A DNA stretch of 64,000 nt, from contig CM114271.1 in the NCBI GenBank assembly GCA_050084515.1, positions 10,540,001 to 10,604,000 of the forward strand. The letters run 5' to 3'. A program made the position numbers and the translations under genes. This DNA is from Blasia pusilla. Lineage: Eukaryota. The first letter of the stretch is position 1, and each line of letters begins with the position of its first letter. A model generated the notes under the pieces. That model made no database searches. It had not been told where the DNA came from and saw nothing but the letters and a program-made list of their open reading frames with translations. Shown here piece after piece: positions 57,070 through 64,000 of the stretch.

Positions 57070-58419
57070 CTATTCAACTCTTGCCATGATATGCTCAAAA
57101 AGAGCATCACGATTTCTCCTTCCTTCAAATGTTGTTTCATTGTTTGGAGGATTGCTATGACCTTGTGCTACATGCATCCTTGTCGAGGAGGAGGGATCCA
57201 TGAGATCATATACTAGAGGATCTTCTCTATCTATCATGATGTTATGAAGAGCACATGTAGCAAATATCATCTTCGGTAGTGCTTGTAAGTTTGGCTTGTA
57301 AATGACTCGATTGAGTATGCGGCATGTCCCTTTTAATCGGCCGAAAGCTCTCTCCACACACATCCTCATGGAAGAATAATAAAAGTTCCAAGTGTCCTTT
57401 TGTCCAATAGGTGCTCCTGGATAAGGAACTATGAGCCATGACAAGAGTGGATATCCTGCATCACCAATAATATACTCTCGAATCCTCTCACCATTTCTTA
57501 ATGGTGAGAGGATTCGAGAGTATATTATATTCGAGAGTGAATGTCCATCTAGGACCCTTTGGTTGGAAGTTACATTTTTGTAGAATTGGGAGTTTCGAAG
57601 AATTCGAGTATCATGAATAGAAGCACGATATCCAATGAACATATCTAGGAATTTCAGTCTTGAATCAACGATAGCTTGCATCGCACAAGCATAAGATTTG
57701 CTTTTATGACTATACCAAACTGTGGAATTTGCACCCGCTGGTAGTTCCATGAGGAAGTGAGTGACATCAATTGCACCGCAACAATTCAAAAATCCATGTT
57801 GTGCTTCGAAATCTGATTTTACCCTCTCCATATGCTGTCCTTTCGGCCAAGCCACTGCCCCATGTGCCTCCTCCACAAGTGCATTAATGACTCTAAAAAC
57901 AACTTGCACAGTTGTAGATTTTTCGATACGGAAAAGCTCTCCAATCCCCTTCATTTGATCCCCTGTGGCAAGACGTCGTAGAGTAATAGCGACTTGTCTC
58001 TCAACACTCAACAACCTGTTTGGTAAGACTTGTAGGGAATGGGGAGGATTAGTAGTTAGTCGACTCCGTAACATATCACAAATGAAGTCAAATGTATTTA
58101 CCGTGACACGAAAGAAATCTCTAAATCGCTCTGGATGATCTCTTGTTATTATAGTTTCGTCAATGAAAAGACATGTAAATGTCATAGATCGTGGTAAAAT
58201 ATACCAAGGAGAGAACATGTGACGTGATGTAATACTATACCTAGCATTCATCATGAATTGGAAATAGAAGAGAGCACGATAATGAAAGAAGGACCTCCTA
58301 CTCCTAACTTGAAGGAAAAAAAGACGAGTAGAAAGAATTTGAATTATAATAACCAAATAAATAGTCAAGAAGCACATGTTCATTGAAGCCTTCATTCTCT
58401 CTTCATCTAAAATATCCAT
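57070..58419 (-). CDS. Harbinger DDE transposase (HARBI1-like), uninterrupted 449-aa ORF
   Basis: FRDFFRV...LSVERQVAITLRRLATG; CGAIDVTH; SIHDTRILRNS; IIGDAGYPL; CVERAFGRLKG; CALHN. Confidence 0.93.
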   Translation of the reverse strand: MDILDEERMKASMNMCFLTIYLVIIIQILSTRLFFLQVRSRRSFFHYRALFYFQFMMNARYSITSRHMFSPWYILPRSMTFTCLFIDETIITRDHPERFRDFFRVTVNTFDFICDMLRSRLTTNPPHSLQVLPNRLLSVERQVAITLRRLATGDQMKGIGELFRIEKSTTVQVVFRVINALVEEAHGAVAWPKGQHMERVKSDFEAQHGFLNCCGAIDVTHFLMELPAGANSTVWYSHKSKSYACAMQAIVDSRLKFLDMFIGYRASIHDTRILRNSQFYKNVTSNQRVLDGHSLSNIIYSRILSPLRNGERIREYIIGDAGYPLLSWLIVPYPGAPIGQKDTWNFYYSSMRMCVERAFGRLKGTCRILNRVIYKPNLQALPKMIFATCALHNIMIDREDPLVYDLMDPSSSTRMHVAQGHSNPPNNETTFEGRRNRDALFEHIMARVE

Positions 58420-61400
58420 GATTAAAAAAGTTGAAAAAGAAAATAAAATAATAATTAAAAAATCTTATAATAAATAAATAAATAAATGTCTTACAATGAG
58501 ATGTGACTAAAATATGCAGAAAAAATAACATGAAATCTATGAAAATAAAAAGCACGTACGAACACACGAAGACGGAGCAAAGTTGGAATGAATACAAAAG
58601 AAGAAGGATGTGAATTTATAGGAACCAAAGGGAAAGGAAAAGGGGGGGGGAATTGGCGGGGAAATGGGAGGGAGAATAGCGGAGGGAAAATCCGTATTCG
58701 TAGGAAGTCCTTCTTTCATTATCGGCTAGAAAACCGCCGCCGAAGTCGCCCATGCGACCCGGCCCTAAGACAGGTGAGTCCTCACCCGTCTTAGAGCAAC
58801 ACGTAAGGACATATAAAAAGGAAAGATGGCGCCCCTCAAGTGAGGGGCATCTTTTTTTTCGGACCGGTCGAGGCTTTTGACCTGAGGCCTTCGCGGTCTC
58901 ATCTTTGCTAGTCCGTTTTTTTATTCCGGATGTTTTCCATCACCCCCTTTTGAAAGAGCAGACTCTCGGATGACGATTATTGAGCTTCGAAAATGTAGAG
59001 TTCCCCACGCGGACCGACTACGTCGAAGCAAACGAAAGTATCCGCGGTCAAATGAGTGAGCGTCGGATGCGAAGTGTGCGTGCCTGCCTAACCTCTTGAC
59101 CGACGAACTCCGCAGGCAAGATGACTTCCTGATCACCCGAAAGGTTGAATTTCATAAAGGATCCCAGTGAAGAAGCCTTGAAGCTGGGCGATAAACCTAG
59201 AATTCTCCCGAAACCCAGAATTCTCCCGAAACAGACATATTTCGGTTTAAACAGAAATATGTCTTTCGGAAATACTCCCGATACCGGTTGAGGCCCGCCG
59301 TTCGTTTTGCTGTCTGTGTAAAGTCAAAACCACTTGTCCCATCAAATGAATGGTGCTCCAGTATTATCTTCCGTACCTATTCACGATTAAAAGTACACGA
59401 TCTGTACTCGCGGTTTTAACTTTCCGCGTGAATGGATAAGACATGTAGTCATCGAAAGAAAACTCTTCGCGTGTTAAGTCGTCAAAGGACATACGATGGC
59501 AGTCACCAAAAATAGCAGCTTAGAGCCAAGGGCACGTCGAGGACCGACGCACACAAGTAACGGAATGTATAGCAAATTCTCACTAGCGCTTATGTGCATT
59601 TTAGTCCATTTCCACTCTCCCTTGTATCGGGTAAGAAAGACTGCAAATGAAAAAATTGGATAGATGGCGATGGAATTTTTTTTGTTATTGTGATGCATTC
59701 GGAGGGATGGAAATGAAAAGAGTTAGCAAATGGACAATATAAATTGCGCAATGTGAAATTATTAGACACCCGTTGAAGTTGTAAAATTTAACATCCGAAA
59801 AGTCTATGGATTAGTAGCAAAGACATATTTCTGTTTAAATATACAAGTAAATACTCCTGTCACTTCTTTCCAACCCTCCAATTTACAATGTGCGGAGTTT
59901 CATTATTAGAGGGTCTTCAAGTTTACAGTGTTCAAAAATATTTTCCATTGAAATGTGTAATTTTTTTATTAAAAGTTTTCTTGAACCCCATCCTCCATGT
60001 GTTTGTGTTATTCTCTCAATTGAATTATAATGAGTTAGTTTGTTCCCTTATACAAGAACACAATACAATTGTAGGTTCTAGTGTAGCTTTAGACAACCCA
60101 CCATAGATGTTGGTCCACACATATTTGAGTAATCAAATTTAACTAATTCCCAAAATTTTCATAAATCAATTTCAAATAATTATAGTGATTGAGAGATATA
60201 GCAATCTTATTGGCTGAAAAATCGAATGATCTTATTGGTTGAGAAGGCTATGTGTCAAGAAGAGACATGTTTGAAAATGAGAAGGCATTCTCCAATAATA
60301 ATATGAATTAATAATCATGAAATTACGACTTCACGTTTTAAAAAAAAATCATAGTTTTTCCCTTATCAATTTAGGCAGAAATAATTTCTCACTTATTTTT
60401 TCAACCCCCATCTTTCAATTAAAATTACTCATTTAGATCCTCTTTTTTTTTTTCAAACTATTGTTTAACAATCCTCACAACCATTAAAAATTTTAAACGA
60501 TTCAAAAATTAAAATCACTTTCATCCTTTCGAAGAATAATTCTTTTTCCATTCTTCTATTAGTATCCTTTCTCCTTTTTTCAAAAATAATTCTTTATTTT
60601 ACCTCCCAATTAAAATTGAAATTTAAAATTATCACTATTTTTTGGACTAAAATTTTAAAGATATATTTAATTTTTAAAATGAAAAAGAAAACCTAAAACT
60701 AGGAAAACTTCAATATTTTCTTAAAATATTTTTTAAAGAGGAAATTTTAAATTTTCTTTAATCTTATTTCTAAAACTTCCGTTCTACTCATTTTTTCCTA
60801 AGTACAGGGTAAAATTAAACAAAAATTCAATAGAACTAAAGACTTCATACATGGCGATTATTGGGAGTTTCTCAACATAAGCTAATGCAAGCAATAATAT
60901 GATTCCCACTGTCACTTCCGCTACAAATGTACTGAGTAAGAGAGACGGAAACAAAAAAAAATTGCAATGAAAAGATAGTTGAGACGAAATTATGACAATT
61001 GAAATAAATATGACATTTCTGATGGACAATTGGCAATTACCTTTTCTCGTTAGTTGTTTCCGACAAGGAATGACAAAACATTATAGTAAGATGTGGAAAA
61101 AATTAGGGGTCGAGTATTTCAACATAGATGTTTGAAAATGGAAATACCATTAAGAGAATTTTTTGGGTTAGAAATTTCCTACGAGTTTTTTTCAAAAGAA
61201 AATTGACTTGGAAAGCATCATGAATGATCAATTTGACAAAGAGAATGGAAGATCCATAATACCCCTTTGATGAAGGTATTATGGATCTTCCTCCATCCTA
61301 TACTTTCTCCATAGCTCAAATCATATATATTGTTGCAAGTATAGCGATGTCTAGTAAAAGCTTGTGTGATGTACCAACATCACAATTTATTAAAAAACTA

Positions 61401-63649
61401 TTTTGCGCAAATCATGAGCTATATTGTGTTTTTGTGTCTCATAGTTATGTTGGTAGGTAGAAGCCTAGTAGAAGGACAAAGGCATGGAGTATCTTAGTTG
61501 GTTTGGAAATTGGAATCTCATAGATTGTAAAGCACAAAGAGGTACAATTTCATACTTGTATCTCCACAATCTCATTGAAAGAAATCCATGATGGAATAAC
61601 ATCCCTTCGCCCCTTTTTTTAGAATTTTGAAGATGGCGAAATTGTTTAGGGGGCAATCAATTGATTAACTATGAGTGGTTTTTGGTTCATTCTGACCGGA
61701 TTCTTGTCCATGATGACACAAGAGACAAATCCTGCTCCCATCAATTCTACATTGGAGCATATTATCAATCTCCTCTGATCTCCTTGACCGACTTAATGAC
61801 CTTAATTCCTAATATTCCCTCCTTGTTAAGTTGCATGCCAATTGCGCCGATGTTCTAATCCAAATTGTGGACCTTCTTGATTTCAAGAATAGGCATTACA
61901 GCTTCTCCTTGATCACAACTAAATTTGAACCCACTTTGTGAGTGCATAGAGCCACACAACAACCACTCTATAGTTCCATCATAGTCGCATTGTAGTCACA
62001 ACCTTGCAACTATTACAATCGTAAGACACTCGCACAACTATTATCATGAGATGCACTCTATGACTATGTCATGATTGTGAAGTGCCATTTTATTTCATTT
62101 GCAAGACAATTGCACAACACTTATTGCATGAAAATTGCAAATTAGCCATCAAGTACTCAAAAAAAGTTGCAGATTTGCGACTGGCACTTCCTTTGTAACT
62201 AGAAAGAAGACGCAAACTAATATTTTTTAATAGCATTTAAATTTTCAAATAATTTTCAAAAATTATTTGAAAATTTTGGCAAATAAAATTCATGTTCCAT
62301 ATTTGAACAATTGGAAAATTTCCAAAAATACATTTAAACATAAAATATTTCCAAAATTTAAAGCAATCCACGTAAAGAATTGACCAAACGTAGCACGCCC
62401 ACAGGGTTGTGGTGGACATGTAGAAGTTCCATCATGACTAGGACGCGTCAAAATTCAAAGGTTTGGATTCCACAATCACGTTTGATCCGTCCTAATAGAG
62501 GGATTTCCCCATCAACATGAGGAATATCTAACTATACATAGTCCCACAACCTTGGATTAATATTCTGAAATAATTTGAAAATAACTTAAACATAGAAACA
62601 CTCTGGAAGTTAGAAACTAAGTAAGGATGCTATGCAAGGTTGCACACGAACATATGTCCATCCCGAGGACGTACATGTCCGTGCGGTCTTGGGTGCGGGC
62701 TCCATGAGCCCGCGTTGCCCGCGGCCCGCACCTAGGCCTGCGCACACCGAGCAATCCGCCCTTTCCCGGCCATTGCGCATCATGCCCGGGCCCCATTTCT
62801 GTCGGGCCCGCGTCGTGGAAAAATTGGGACGCGTCATACCCTCTGATTCATCGCTTCGGGCCTACCCCTCATCATCCGGCGCTGGCCGTGGTGGCCCGCG
62901 ACGCCCTCTCCCCGCCGCATGGGGCCTGGGGTATAGCCCCTTGGCTTTGGGTTCGCGACGGAGCCCGCATGCCAGCCCCGAAATGTATGTATGAAAGGAG
63001 ATTTAGGGATAATTTACCTAATTATCTCTATTTTTCCATATTTTATCAAATTTTTGGTGACATCTTGGATTAGGCTCCAAATTTCCATGGTGCCTTGAGA
63101 GCTAAGGGCTTACTAGGAATTTTGGAGAAATCCCTTGGATGCCTTTTGGGAGTACTTGGATTTTATTTGGGACCAACTTGGATATTTGCACTGCTTGTTG
63201 CATCTGAAATAAACTCCAATTGACGCCACATTAGGTGAGTGTTTGTGAGTGTGGAAATCTCTTGTTTCACTAAACTTGTTTGGTGATTTTGAGATTTTTG
63301 ATTCATAGACCCAAGTGTTTTGACTTGTTTTATTGGTTCTCCTTAGCACATCGGGGATGTGGAGGTCATCAAGGAACCTTGTCTAAACACTCTCATATCT
63401 ACCTATTCCCTTTGAGAGCCCAACCCTAAACTTCCATCATTCATGCGCTGGTACATTTTGAGCCATTGTTTTAGCATCTCACGTCACTCTCTTTTCGGTA
63501 TTTTCTTATCTCAATCCGTACATTTCTTTCCCTTGTATTTTTTAAGATATTATTATCTTCTTCATCCGAGGGAAATATCTAGTGGGTCTGGGTCATAGAG
63601 AGCAGGAGAGAAATGAAATGAGTCCGACCTCCGTGCCAAGAGGCAAAGA

Positions 63650-64000
63650 GAAACTCTGAGGAATGATTTCAACATGGCCGTAAGAGAGGCATGGTTAGAC
63701 TGGTTTTTCCAGCTTTCTTTAGACAAGAGAAAATCCTACATTTTGAGGGGTATGGATGGTTTACATGACTACACCTTGGAATTGCAAAGATTGTCCAATA
63801 GACTGGGAAGTGGATGCCTCAGAGGCTGATAGGTTGACTAAATTTTGTGCCCAACAAGGTGTTAACCTGGAGAAAGCGTATGTCGATCTCAAGACATATA
63901 AGGATGAGAAGCAAAATGATGCAGAGTTGGCTCTCCTAGAGAGATTCTGTATAGAGTTAAGAAGTGCTCAACGTCTTTTCAAGGGACGTAGTACTTCTCT
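63650..64000 (+). pseudogene. Possible degenerate retrotransposon gag
   Basis: Fragments LHDYTLELQRLSNRLG and SEADRLTKF resemble the gag major-homology region. Frameshifted and runs off the window. Confidence 0.35.

Noticed and set aside
62600-63000. GC-rich island as a gene
   Set aside because: Only low-complexity ORFs. It may be LTR or UTR of the element at the window end, but boundaries cannot be supported.

Overview
Eukaryotic land-plant nuclear DNA with GT-AG introns and plant-type housekeeping genes. A non-seed plant such as a bryophyte is likely, but that is inference from the element types. 1-33 kb is a deep transposon nest. A Mutator-like (MULE) family is present as two diverged copies; each has a divergent accessory gene with a ParB/Srx-like DGNHR motif and arrays of a 27-bp palindrome. 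Copy B (28.3-31.3 kb) is interrupted by a Ty3/gypsy-like LTR element reading gag-protease-C5 DNA methyltransferase. That element is split by a 15.9-kb CACTA element (TIRs, CTA TSD) that holds a LINE, and is cut inside its methyltransferase by MULE copy A. A 180-bp satellite follows. 36-52 kb holds three host genes: EIF1AD-like and MED11 head-to-head, then an 11-exon plastid ketol-acid reductoisomerase with a decayed CRE-like non-LTR element upstream. 52.3-58.8 kb is a MITE plus a PIF/Harbinger element (intact-looking transposase ORF, Myb/SANT gene) carrying a captured SPT16 fragment. The last 5 kb is mostly AT-rich and unexplained, ending in a possible gag remnant. Family assignments come from motif recognition by eye; no searches were run.
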